Assembly (NCBI GenBank): GCA_000996205.1
Contig: LBYO01000004.1
Location: 4,051-68,050 of the forward strand
DNA: 64,000 bases
Direction: 5' to 3'
Source of the DNA: Parcubacteria group bacterium GW2011_GWA1_40_21
Lineage (GTDB): Bacteria; Patescibacteriota; Minisyncoccia; Phycocordibacterales; GWA1-40-21
Under the pieces are notes generated by a model. That model was not told the DNA's origin and searched no databases. It worked only from the letters and a program-made list of their open reading frames with translations. The position numbers and the translations under genes were made by a program. Below are positions 29,865-39,182 of this stretch, in pieces. Each line of letters opens with the position of its first letter. Position 1 is the first letter of the stretch.

Positions 29865-30104
29865 TTATTTATGAAGATTAGAATATTCTTTCTCCAAAAA
29901 CGATTCTAATTTTTCCGTTTTTCCTTTTTTGTGTTCCTTTAATGCTTCTTCAACTCGCTTGTCCAAACTTCTGGCTTTTTCCCCTTTCAAGAAACAAACA
30001 GGGAGACTTTTAGCTTTCATGCCCTCATACTCTTTTCGCGAAATAACCACCAAATCTTCGTTTTTTGTTTTTATTAAATTTTTAGGGATAGTTATGGTAT
30101 TCAT
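29865..30104 (-). CDS. Putative type II antitoxin
   Basis: MNTITIPK..EDLVVISRKEYE..EALKEHKKGKT pattern; TACCAT -10 box 7 nt before the ATG. Confidence 0.6.
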   Translation of the reverse strand: MNTITIPKNLIKTKNEDLVVISRKEYEGMKAKSLPVCFLKGEKARSLDKRVEEALKEHKKGKTEKLESFLEKEYSNLHK

Positions 30105-30142
30105 TATTTTTATGGTATCAACAACACCAAAAAAGGTCAACG

Positions 30143-31156
30143 TCATTGCCAATTTAAAAAATATAGAATTTCTTCTTTATCGGCCGTATTCCTTAATGAT
30201 CGATTCATACTCCGAGATAATGGCGACTGGTAAGTTTTTTTGAAGGCTGAGAGTAAAAATTTTAACTGATGTATTCGCAAATCAAATTTATCATCCGGAA
30301 ATTGAGCAAGGTACTTTGCCCCAATTTTTATCATTTTTATCATTTCTTCGTCTCTCGGTTTTTCATCTCTCTCAAAAGATGTCTCATTGTTTTGTTCTTC
30401 TTCCGCAATATCGTGATAATACAAAGCGGGCGCATAAATAAGATTCCACAATTCTGCTACTGTGAAATTGAAATTGGTTTCTGAATGCTACTGTGAAATT
30501 GAAATTGGTTTCTGAAGCGTTTATCATTTCCAGGACTGTTTTATTGGTCATCCAATATGTCTCTGCTTGAATTGAAGCGATTTCTTTTCCAACACGACTG
30601 TCAACTGACTGAATCCCTAAATCTTGATATTCCTTTTTAAGCAACTTCTTTGTTCCCGAGAAGATGAACGCTGAACCAGTCCACCGTATATCATACGCTG
30701 AAGGCCTTTTAGCACACCCTCTGGGTGCGGAACTTTTTCCGCAAGCAATAAGCCAACCTGACCAATAGAACCCATACCGGTCAAAACTTCATTAATATCA
30801 TTTCTGTTTTTAAAAATATCTTCAAATGGCACCCCAATCTTTGGATTGTCAAAAAAATCGTCTATCCAATGCGCGCCGTAAACAAGATACGATTTGGCGA
30901 TAATTTCGCGCGGGTTGTCTTTTGAGGTGATTCCCACAATAAATGCCTGCACTTCTATATCTGAATAAACATGGACATCGCTAGTCTCTATGCCAAGTTT
31001 ATTTAAATCAAGCATTTTGAGATCGCTGATAAAATTATTTTCTCCTTCTCTCACGAAATGCAAAATATTTTCCCAGTTTGGTACTTCGTCATATAGCGCT
31101 TCCAGTTTTGGAGCTAATTTTTTTTCAAAATTATTATTTTCCATCATTTCTGGCAT
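30143..31156 (-). pseudogene. Frameshifted gene, possibly isoprenoid-synthase/terpene-cyclase-like fold
   Basis: Three overlapping frames; a 31-bp tandem duplication at 30455-30516; DDFFD motif. Confidence 0.55.
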
Positions 31157-31188
31157 AGAAATTTGTTTTTGATAAATTAAATAAAATT

Positions 31189-34100
31189 TTACGCTTCTAT
31201 CTTGGCTTTTATCACAAAGCCGTCGGTGGAGATTTCCTGTCCGTCTTCCACAACGGCGTTGAATTCCAGTTTTTCTATGCCTGCTGATTTTTTGATTTCC
31301 TCGGCGAATTTTTCCATAAATTCTCTGGCATGGATTTCAGCTTGAACATACAAAATTATTTTCTGGCTGGTATTAAGACCGGCTTTCTTTCTCAAATCTT
31401 GAAGACCGCGAATCAAATCTCTCAAACTACCCTCTTCTTTGAGCTCGGGCGATATTTCCGTATCCAACTCAACCTCGCCTAAAATTTTCTCATCAAAAAT
31501 AATCTCTTTGACATTCAGCTCATCTTTGATCAAATCCAACATTTCTTTCTCCACTTTATGGACTTTATAACTTTTGACTTTTAACTTTTTTAACGCCTGT
31601 CTCACTTTTATATTCGCCTTTGCTCTAGCCTCCAACCCCAAAGAAACAATTCTCCTAACCTCCTCCATATCCTCAATTAAACTTTCGACTTTCGACTTTC
31701 GACTTTCGACTACTTTTACCCATTCTTCCAAATGAACGCTCTCTTTATCCTTTCCTTTGCCGTTCAATTTTTGGTACAAATATTCCGCCAAAAAAGGAGT
31801 GAATGGCGCCATAATTTTTGACAGTTCGGTCAAAACATACTTCATCGTGGCAAGCGCGAATTGTTTGTCTTTATAGTCATCTCCCTTTACCCTTTCTCTT
31901 GATCTGCGGACATACCAAGTGGAAAATTCATTGATAAAATCTTTGATCGGGCGGCCAGATTTGACGGTATTGTAATTTTCAAGCCCCTCCGTCACTTCAT
32001 TTATAAGAATATTGAGCTTGGCGAGAATCCATCCATCAAGAACATTTTCACTGTCTTCGCATTTCGTCTTGCCGTCATACTCGCCTTGATAAAGTTCAAA
32101 AAAATTGAATGTGTTAAGAAGAATATTTATCACTTTATTGTGAGCGTCCTTGATTTCCTCATCCGCAAATTTTATGTCTTCCGCCTGCATTATCGGACTG
32201 GTCATAAGATAATAACGCAAAGCATCCGCTCCGTACTTGTCCATATTCAGCATCGGGTCGGTGTAATTGCCTTTGGACTTGGACATTTTGCTCCCGTCTT
32301 CGGCTAAAATTGTTCCGGTGGTAATGACATTTTTGAAACTTGCATCGTCAAATAAGATGCCCGAAATGGTGTGCATATAGTAAAACCATGTTCTTGTTTG
32401 AGCCACATATTCGGTCACAAAATCACCCGACGGAAAACGGCTGCCGAGTTCTTTTTCATTTTCAAACGGATAATGATATTCGGCAAACGGCATCGCACCA
32501 GATTCAAACCATCCGTCAATAACTTCCGGCACTCTTTTCGTTTCGCCGAGACAGTCTTCACCACTGCAAACCAGATCAACTTCATCTATATAAGGCCTGT
32601 GCAAATCAAGCTCGTAATTTTCATTGTGCGGAAGCGGAACGAAGTCCAGTTTTCTTATCTCCGCGTTTTCAATAAAAAATTCTCCGTTTCCCCGCATAAG
32701 AAGCGCCTCTTTCGCATTCATCCCGAATGATCCGGCGAACAAAAGCCATGCAGGAGAGTCGTGAGTAACAATCAAAATATTTTTATTGTTGTGCCGTTTT
32801 TCAATGTCGTAAATAAAATCGGCGGTTCTTTTTTTAATATCGGAGTAATTTTCCCCCTGCGGAGTATTTTTTATAAATCGTTCTTCAAACGAAGTAAAAT
32901 AGTCGGTGTATGCCGATATAGATTTTCCATCAAATGTTCCCGCGTTCAATTCTCCGACTCTATTTTCAAGAATAATGTCAGATGGCTCAATTTGGAGCTT
33001 CCGTGCGATAATTTCCGCAGTTTCTTTTGTCCTCACAAAAGGCGAGCTGAAGATGATGTCAATTTTTTCAACTATCAAATCGTCCCCCGCTTTCGCCGCC
33101 TGCTCTCTGCCTTTCTCCGTCAAATGACTTGAATTTTTAGAATCGGAACTTATGAAAGCTTTTACATTGTTATCCGCTTCTCCGTGTCGAACCACAAAAT
33201 ATTTATTGCCGGATTTTTTTGTTTTTTTCTTTAATTCATCCACAGAACCGACAAGTTCAATTTTTCCGCATTTCTCGCATTTCCAAATCGGCAGAGGTGA
33301 GGCCCAATAGCGATTGCGGGAAATATTCCAATCCGGAGCGCTTTCTATATTATTCAGAAATCTGCCGTGTTTTAGGTGGTCTGGAAACCAATTTATTTTT
33401 TCATTAAGCTCCTTCAGGCGATTTTTCACTTTTTGGATGTTGATAAACCACGAAGAAAGCGCGCTGTAATAAAGCGGCGTTTCGCAACGATGGCAATGCG
33501 GATAGGAGTGAGTATGCGCCTGTTTGGCGAAAATCAATCCTCTTTTTTCCAAATCTTCTTTGATGTATTTCTCTCCTTTCTTCAAATAAAAACCTTGGAT
33601 AAATTCCGGCGCTTCTTTGTTGAAATGACCGCTTTGGTCTAAAAGCGGAATTGTCGGCAAATCGTATTTTATGCCGATATTATAATCGTCTTCCCCATGC
33701 ATCGGAGCGATGTGGACGATGCCGGTTCCGTCTTCCGTGGTCACGAAATCAGCCGAAACGACATAATGCGATTTTTTATTGAAATTTTTTACCGCCGGAA
33801 TTTCATAAAGTGGTTCGTATTCAAGTCCGACAAGTTTTTCACCGGAAAATTCACTTATTATTTCATAAGGTTCCGACAAAATACCGAGTCTTTCTTTCGC
33901 CAATATTAGATTTTCTCTGTCTTCAGTTTTTTCCGCCTGAGGCGGATCCGCCTCAGGCGGAAGATTTAATCCGTCAGCTGACGGATTAGATTTTAGATTA
34001 AGCTTGCAATAAATCAGCTCCTGATTTATTGCAAGCGCAACATTGCCCGACAATGTCCACGGCGTAGTCGTCCAAGCCAAAAGATAAGTATTTTCCGGCA

Positions 34101-34773
34101 AGTTGTGTTTTTTCGGATTTTTAACTTTAAACTTCACTATCACCGCTTCTTCCGTCACCGTTTTATAACTGTTATCCATCGCCACTTCCGCTTTGGCCAA
34201 AGGAGTCTCGCATCTCGGGCAATACATCAAAACCTTCCGACCTTCATAGAGCAAATCTTTTTTGTGGATTTCTTTTAACGCCCACCAAACGCTTTCAATG
34301 TAAGAATTGTCCATCGTCATATAGGAATTATCAAATTCCACCCAGCGGCCGATTCTCTCCACATAATTTTTCCAGTCGTGGGCAGTTTCTAAAACAGCGG
34401 AACGGCAAGTCTCGTTGAACTTTCCAACCCCCATCGCTTCAATTTCTTTTTTGCTCTTGAGCCCGAGCCTTTTTTCAATCATATTTTCAATCGGCAAGCC
34501 GTGGCAATCCCAGCCCCACCTTCGGCGAACATGATACCCCCGCATTGTCTTATAGCGAGGAATCACATCCTTAGCAACGGAAGAAAGCAAACTGCCGTAA
34601 TGAGGCAGACCTGTCGCAAAAGGCGGTCCATCATAAAAGACAAACTCGCCTTTCGGTGAATCCTTTGCCAAAGTTTTTTCAAAAATTTTATTTTCTTTCC
34701 AAAAACGGAGAGTTTCTTCCTCCCTTTTAGCCGTTTCGCTTTTGTTGTCTTTTTCCTTGTCGTTATTGGTCAT
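31189..34773 (-). CDS. ileS: Isoleucine--tRNA ligase (type 2-like) with inserted histidine phosphatase domain
   Basis: FYDGPPFATGLPHYGS, WDCHGLP, WTTTPWTL, DWNISRNRYW, KMSKS; inserted VVRHGEA..SSPFVRTKETA..VTHD. Confidence 0.95.
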   Translation of the reverse strand: MTNNDKEKDNKSETAKREEETLRFWKENKIFEKTLAKDSPKGEFVFYDGPPFATGLPHYGSLLSSVAKDVIPRYKTMRGYHVRRRWGWDCHGLPIENMIEKRLGLKSKKEIEAMGVGKFNETCRSAVLETAHDWKNYVERIGRWVEFDNSYMTMDNSYIESVWWALKEIHKKDLLYEGRKVLMYCPRCETPLAKAEVAMDNSYKTVTEEAVIVKFKVKNPKKHNLPENTYLLAWTTTPWTLSGNVALAINQELIYCKLNLKSNPSADGLNLPPEADPPQAEKTEDRENLILAKERLGILSEPYEIISEFSGEKLVGLEYEPLYEIPAVKNFNKKSHYVVSADFVTTEDGTGIVHIAPMHGEDDYNIGIKYDLPTIPLLDQSGHFNKEAPEFIQGFYLKKGEKYIKEDLEKRGLIFAKQAHTHSYPHCHRCETPLYYSALSSWFINIQKVKNRLKELNEKINWFPDHLKHGRFLNNIESAPDWNISRNRYWASPLPIWKCEKCGKIELVGSVDELKKKTKKSGNKYFVVRHGEADNNVKAFISSDSKNSSHLTEKGREQAAKAGDDLIVEKIDIIFSSPFVRTKETAEIIARKLQIEPSDIILENRVGELNAGTFDGKSISAYTDYFTSFEERFIKNTPQGENYSDIKKRTADFIYDIEKRHNNKNILIVTHDSPAWLLFAGSFGMNAKEALLMRGNGEFFIENAEIRKLDFVPLPHNENYELDLHRPYIDEVDLVCSGEDCLGETKRVPEVIDGWFESGAMPFAEYHYPFENEKELGSRFPSGDFVTEYVAQTRTWFYYMHTISGILFDDASFKNVITTGTILAEDGSKMSKSKGNYTDPMLNMDKYGADALRYYLMTSPIMQAEDIKFADEEIKDAHNKVINILLNTFNFFELYQGEYDGKTKCEDSENVLDGWILAKLNILINEVTEGLENYNTVKSGRPIKDFINEFSTWYVRRSRERVKGDDYKDKQFALATMKYVLTELSKIMAPFTPFLAEYLYQKLNGKGKDKESVHLEEWVKVVESRKSKVESLIEDMEEVRRIVSLGLEARAKANIKVRQALKKLKVKSYKVHKVEKEMLDLIKDELNVKEIIFDEKILGEVELDTEISPELKEEGSLRDLIRGLQDLRKKAGLNTSQKIILYVQAEIHAREFMEKFAEEIKKSAGIEKLEFNAVVEDGQEISTDGFVIKAKIEA
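33931..33988. repeat. Two perfect palindromes in frame inside ileS (family D plus taatccgtcagctgacggatta)
   Basis: ttccgcctgaggcggatccgcctcaggcggaa encodes PPEADPPQAE. Confidence 0.8.
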
Positions 34774-34826
34774 ATTTATTCAGAGAATACCACAGTTTAT
34801 CATTTTTCCATCGCTTTTCAAAAAAA

Positions 34827-34863
34827 TTTCCCCACTTGGAAACTTAGTTTCCAAGTGGGGAAA
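34827..34863. repeat. Palindrome family B
   Basis: tttccccacttggaaact-t-agtttccaagtggggaaa. Confidence 0.8.
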
Positions 34864-34940
34864 AGAAAAACGCATTGGTCTCTTCAGGATATTTAATCCT
34901 AAAAAAACCAATGCGTTGATTTGTCCGTAAAAAATACTGC

Positions 34941-35273
34941 TCACAAGATCACCATCGGATGACCCCTTAATGCAGATTCGATGCCGGACGGAGAACTGTT
35001 CGCCGCTTCATTATTCGCTACTTCAGTGACTATTCTATCAATAATCTCTAGAGGGGTTTCTTTCGGCGCGCTGATCGGCTCCTCTGTAAGCTCCTCCACT
35101 TTTACCCTAAGCCCTAAGTTTCGCGCTAACCGATTAAGCGCGTTTGGATTAAATATTTCAGGAATTTCACTTTGAGAAATTTTCTTCTCAAGACAAAACC
35201 CTCTAACAAAATTCTCGATTCCCACAATCAACTGCAAAGACAGTCCATCTATCTTATCTCCAGAAAAAGGCAT
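34941..35273 (-). CDS. Hypothetical protein (orphan cassette)
   Basis: GGAG SD before ATG 35273; TTGACT-16-TATCCT upstream; hairpin 34866-34917 downstream. Confidence 0.5.
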   Translation of the reverse strand: MPFSGDKIDGLSLQLIVGIENFVRGFCLEKKISQSEIPEIFNPNALNRLARNLGLRVKVEELTEEPISAPKETPLEIIDRIVTEVANNEAANSSPSGIESALRGHPMVIL

Positions 35274-35489
35274 GTTTTCCACTCCAATAAATTTTTGAAT
35301 CAAAGGCGGCCACAAGCCGTCTTATGTTATGAACTAAATTTTTCTTCTGAAAGGATACCTTGCCCAAACAAAAAGTCAACGATTAAGAAGGCGGGTAGCT
35401 TGTAGCTGTTTAACTTTTTAGGAAGAAAGTCTGGCGCTCCTATTCTTATTCTTACCTAAAAAGCTACAAGCTAATAAGCTTCCCCAAAA

Positions 35490-37256
35490 CTACATCCTCT
35501 CCGGAACTTGAATTCCCAGAAGATTGAGGCCGTTTTTCATTGTCGCGGCGAAAGAGGCGGTGAGAGCAACCTTGTAAGGAGAAATTTCGTCGTTAGTATC
35601 CACTATCTTGTGTTTGGCGTAAAAACTGTTGAATGATCCGGCAAGTTCAATCAAGTAAGAAGCGATATAGTGAGGAGAATATTCCTTCCCCGCCCTCTCC
35701 ACGATTTCAGGAAAGCGATAAAGCAATCTTTCCAATTCTGATGTTTCGGTGACGACTTTTTTTGCGGAAGCCTTTATCCCCTCTCCTTTGGCTTTCTCCA
35801 AAACAGATTTCGCTCTCGCGTAAGAATATTGAAGATACGGTCCGGAATCTCCCTCAAAAGAAATTGATTTGTCAAAATCATATACTATGTCGCTTCCAGT
35901 CGTATGTTTTAGTATTGAATATTTTATCGCTCCGATTGACACTTTTTCAATAATTTCTTTTTCCATCTCTTCGTTGTAATTTCTGTCTTTGATTTTTTCC
36001 TCCACGAGTTTTTGAGTATCTGTCATAAGCGACTCCGCCGTGATAACATCGCCCGTCCTTGATGACATTTTACCGCTTGGAAGCCGAAGCATTCCGTGAG
36101 AAATATGCTTTGTTTTTTCCGCCAAGTCCGGAAAAACAATTTCCATCGCCTTCAGCAAAACCTTAAAATAGTCATTTATCTCATTACCTGTCACGACTAT
36201 TGAAACATCGTATTGATAATGTTCATCGTATTTTATTTTCGCCAGTCCGAGCTCTTTGGCTTCGTAAGTCGGCAACCCTTCCGAATTTATGAAAACCCTC
36301 GTGTGCAATCCGTATTTCTCTCCTTTAAACACGATAGCGCCGTCACTTTTCTCAAAAACGCCATTCTTCAAATTTTCCTCCACTATCTTCTTGCCAAAAT
36401 CCCCTGTCTCTCTTTCAAAGAAAATGAAATCAAATTCCGTGCCCAGCTTTTTGTAAATTTCTCCAAAATGCTTAAGGGATACATCCTTACCCCAATCATA
36501 CAGTTTATTTATCTCATCATCGTTTCTATCATAAATTTTTTTGTTTATCACCTCAAGCTCTCCGCTCTCAATTGCTTTGTTTATTTCATCAACCCTTCTT
36601 TTAAAATCATCAATTCCGCTAAGTGATGAGAACGAACTCGAACCTAAAGAGTAAGACATCGCCAAAAATTTAACCTTGTTTGTCAACATAGCTTTATCAT
36701 CTGGCATTAAATCTCTTAGAGTTTTCATACCCAGGACAGCTTTTGCCACATGAAGCCCTACATCGCCTTGATAGCACGCCCTTTTCACTTCCGCGCCGTG
36801 AAATCCAATGATTCTGGACAGAGATTCTCCGATGGTGTTGCTCATCAAATGTCCGATGTGAAATTCCTTGAAAGGATTCGGGTCTGTGTATTCAATCATT
36901 ACTTTCCGCCCTTTAAGCGATTCGTTCGCGCCAAAACTATCGCCTTCCGTAATCGCCTCGCCTACACTTTCCGCGAAAAATTCCTTTGATAGAAAAAAGT
37001 TAATAAAGCCGGCGCCGGCGACTTCCGCTTTTTCAATTTCTTTTATTTCGCGCTTCCTTATTTCCTCCGCTATCTTTTCCGCCAAATCTATCGGTTTCGT
37101 TTTTAATTCTTTGGCGTAAGCCAAAGCCGCATTGGAAGAATAATCGCCGAAGTTTAAATCAGTCGGGTGTTCCAAATGAATATCATCCGCCGTGATGGAT
37201 GGCATCTTTAGAGCTTCCTGTATTGTATTTTTAAGTTTTTCTTGAATCATAATCAT
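35490..37256 (-). CDS. argS: Arginine--tRNA ligase
   Basis: GDYSSNAA, AGAGFINF, PNPFKEFHIGH, KMSSRTG, GPYLQYSYAR, C-terminal PERM. Confidence 0.97.
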   Translation of the reverse strand: MIMIQEKLKNTIQEALKMPSITADDIHLEHPTDLNFGDYSSNAALAYAKELKTKPIDLAEKIAEEIRKREIKEIEKAEVAGAGFINFFLSKEFFAESVGEAITEGDSFGANESLKGRKVMIEYTDPNPFKEFHIGHLMSNTIGESLSRIIGFHGAEVKRACYQGDVGLHVAKAVLGMKTLRDLMPDDKAMLTNKVKFLAMSYSLGSSSFSSLSGIDDFKRRVDEINKAIESGELEVINKKIYDRNDDEINKLYDWGKDVSLKHFGEIYKKLGTEFDFIFFERETGDFGKKIVEENLKNGVFEKSDGAIVFKGEKYGLHTRVFINSEGLPTYEAKELGLAKIKYDEHYQYDVSIVVTGNEINDYFKVLLKAMEIVFPDLAEKTKHISHGMLRLPSGKMSSRTGDVITAESLMTDTQKLVEEKIKDRNYNEEMEKEIIEKVSIGAIKYSILKHTTGSDIVYDFDKSISFEGDSGPYLQYSYARAKSVLEKAKGEGIKASAKKVVTETSELERLLYRFPEIVERAGKEYSPHYIASYLIELAGSFNSFYAKHKIVDTNDEISPYKVALTASFAATMKNGLNLLGIQVPERM

Positions 37257-37445
37257 AGAAACATTTTAGCATCTGAACTTTGAATTACGAAATTTCTCCA
37301 ACTTGGACGTTTCGTTTCCAAATTTAAATCCTGCGCTATTTCGGCGATAGCAGAATTAAGATACACATTTTATGTTATGCGCTTTTTATATTTTGGCGGG
37401 TTTTAGCCTATTTAGTTTAGAGTTTAGAATGATGCGTATAAAAAA

Positions 37446-38126
37446 CTAGGACTTAACAATTCGCATTATTTTATCGTGAATTTCTTCAACAGACAGAAGT
37501 CTGCCGTCTTCCACGCAATTTATGAGTTTCCAGTCGTTCCTCTCTTTTGAGATTTTCGTGTAGACATCTATGACTTTCTGCTGATATTCCATATCTTTTT
37601 CGTGTCCGTCTTTAGCGCCCTTTGCGCTTTCGCCTCCGATGTAGGCGCGAGCTTCCTTTTTCTCCACGAGATGGGATGATATTTCAACGGGCACATAAAG
37701 ATAAATCACCAAAGTCGGTTTGGGAAGCTTCAGCTCGCCGTATTCCATCTGTTCAAGCCATGAAATAAACTCATCTCTTTTGTCTTCAGGAAGTTTTGAC
37801 GCTTGATGCCCGATATTGCTCGGAATGTATCTGTTGCAGATGACAACGCCTTTCTCAAGAGCTTTGTTGAGCTCATCTCTGGCGGCGATCCGATCAAGCG
37901 CGTAAGGAAGCGAAGCGATGTAAGGCGAAAGTAATAATGGGTCGCCGAACTCTCCTTTCAGATAGCGTCCCACTAGCTTGCCCGCCAAAGTTTTTTCATA
38001 TTGAGGAAAATCAAAAAAAGCGACTTTGGTTTCCTTGCTCAATCTGTCCACCAAAAGTTTCGCCTGCGTCCCCTTGCCCGCCCCGTCCCCACCTTCAATA
38101 ACGATAAATTTATGTTTTAATCCCAT
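37446..38126 (-). CDS. tmk: Thymidylate kinase
   Basis: FIVIEGGDGAGKGTQ, FPQY, CNRY. Confidence 0.93.
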   Translation of the reverse strand: MGLKHKFIVIEGGDGAGKGTQAKLLVDRLSKETKVAFFDFPQYEKTLAGKLVGRYLKGEFGDPLLLSPYIASLPYALDRIAARDELNKALEKGVVICNRYIPSNIGHQASKLPEDKRDEFISWLEQMEYGELKLPKPTLVIYLYVPVEISSHLVEKKEARAYIGGESAKGAKDGHEKDMEYQQKVIDVYTKISKERNDWKLINCVEDGRLLSVEEIHDKIMRIVKS

Positions 38127-38183
38127 TTAATTACATTATCGTCCATTTAAGACCAGAAGGCAACCACCATTTTCCCATCCTCT

Positions 38184-38242
38184 GATTCCGTGGGTATCTG
38201 ATATCCACAGACCGTCTGTGGATATCAGATACCCACGGAATC
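38184..38242. repeat. Inverted doublet of palindrome family A (perfect 29-bp arms)
   Basis: gattccgtgggtatctgatatccacagac-c-gtctgtggatatcagatacccacggaatc. Confidence 0.85.
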
Positions 38243-38313
38243 TAAGAAGAAGAGTGGGTGAAAAAAATTTCTTCTATATTTGGCTGTTTTTAATAATCGG
38301 TTATAATATCTAA

Positions 38314-38838
38314 ATGGCATTATCGGACAAAAAAACAAAGGGCGCTAAATTCGCTAAAGTTCACAAACGCCCGAATTGGGATGAATATTTTATTGAGATG
38401 ACTGAATTTGTCGGCCGGCGCGGGACATGCGATCGAGGGCAGGCGGGAGCGATTATTGTCAAAGATAAGAGGATTCTTGCAACCGGATATGTCGGTTCGC
38501 CTATGGGACTTCCTCATTGCGACGAAGCCGGCCACGAGATGCACACGGTTATACAAGAAAATGGAATTCAGTCGCGCCATTGCATCCGCACCGCCCACGC
38601 TGAATTAAACGCCGTTGCTAACGCCGCTCGCTTCGGTGTCACTATTGATGGAGCGACTTTATATTGCAAAATGTTTCCTTGTTATGTATGCGCTAAAACA
38701 ATTATAAATTCCGGCATCAAACGAGTGGTGTGCATGAAAGATTATCATGCCAGCAAGCGATCAAAAGAAATTTTTAAAGAAGCTGGCGTTGAGTTTGAAA
38801 TTCTAAACAAAGGTACGGAGGCTTACTCCGATATGTAA
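38314..38838 (+). CDS. dCMP deaminase (ComEB-like)
   Basis: RPNWDEYF, HAELNA and PCYVC zinc motifs. Confidence 0.92.
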   Translation: MALSDKKTKGAKFAKVHKRPNWDEYFIEMTEFVGRRGTCDRGQAGAIIVKDKRILATGYVGSPMGLPHCDEAGHEMHTVIQENGIQSRHCIRTAHAELNAVANAARFGVTIDGATLYCKMFPCYVCAKTIINSGIKRVVCMKDYHASKRSKEIFKEAGVEFEILNKGTEAYSDM

Positions 38839-38840
38839 TT

Positions 38841-39170
38841 ATGATAAACATTAAAGAATTGCAAAAAGAGGTTATGCGCAATAAGATTGAAAAAGGTTTC
38901 AATACTACCGATGTGGCGCTTGAATTTTGCCGCGCTCACGAAGAGCTCTCGGAAGCATTTTCAAAATTCAACAGAAATCATCCGGGTGTTGCCGAAGAAT
39001 TCGCCGATGTGGCTGTTTTTCTGCTTGGCATGTCGGAAATTCTGGGTTTTGATCTAGAGAAAGAGCTTATCAGAAAAATAGAGATAAATAAAAATCGGAA
39101 ATATAAAAAAGAAAAATCTCCAGACGGGAAAGACGTTTTTATTCGCGTTAGGACGGAAGAAGATCCTTAA
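38841..39170 (+). CDS. MazG-like all-alpha NTP pyrophosphohydrolase
   Basis: EELSE..EEFADV motif. Confidence 0.8.
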   Translation: MINIKELQKEVMRNKIEKGFNTTDVALEFCRAHEELSEAFSKFNRNHPGVAEEFADVAVFLLGMSEILGFDLEKELIRKIEINKNRKYKKEKSPDGKDVFIRVRTEEDP

Positions 39171-39182
39171 AAAAGAATCTTC

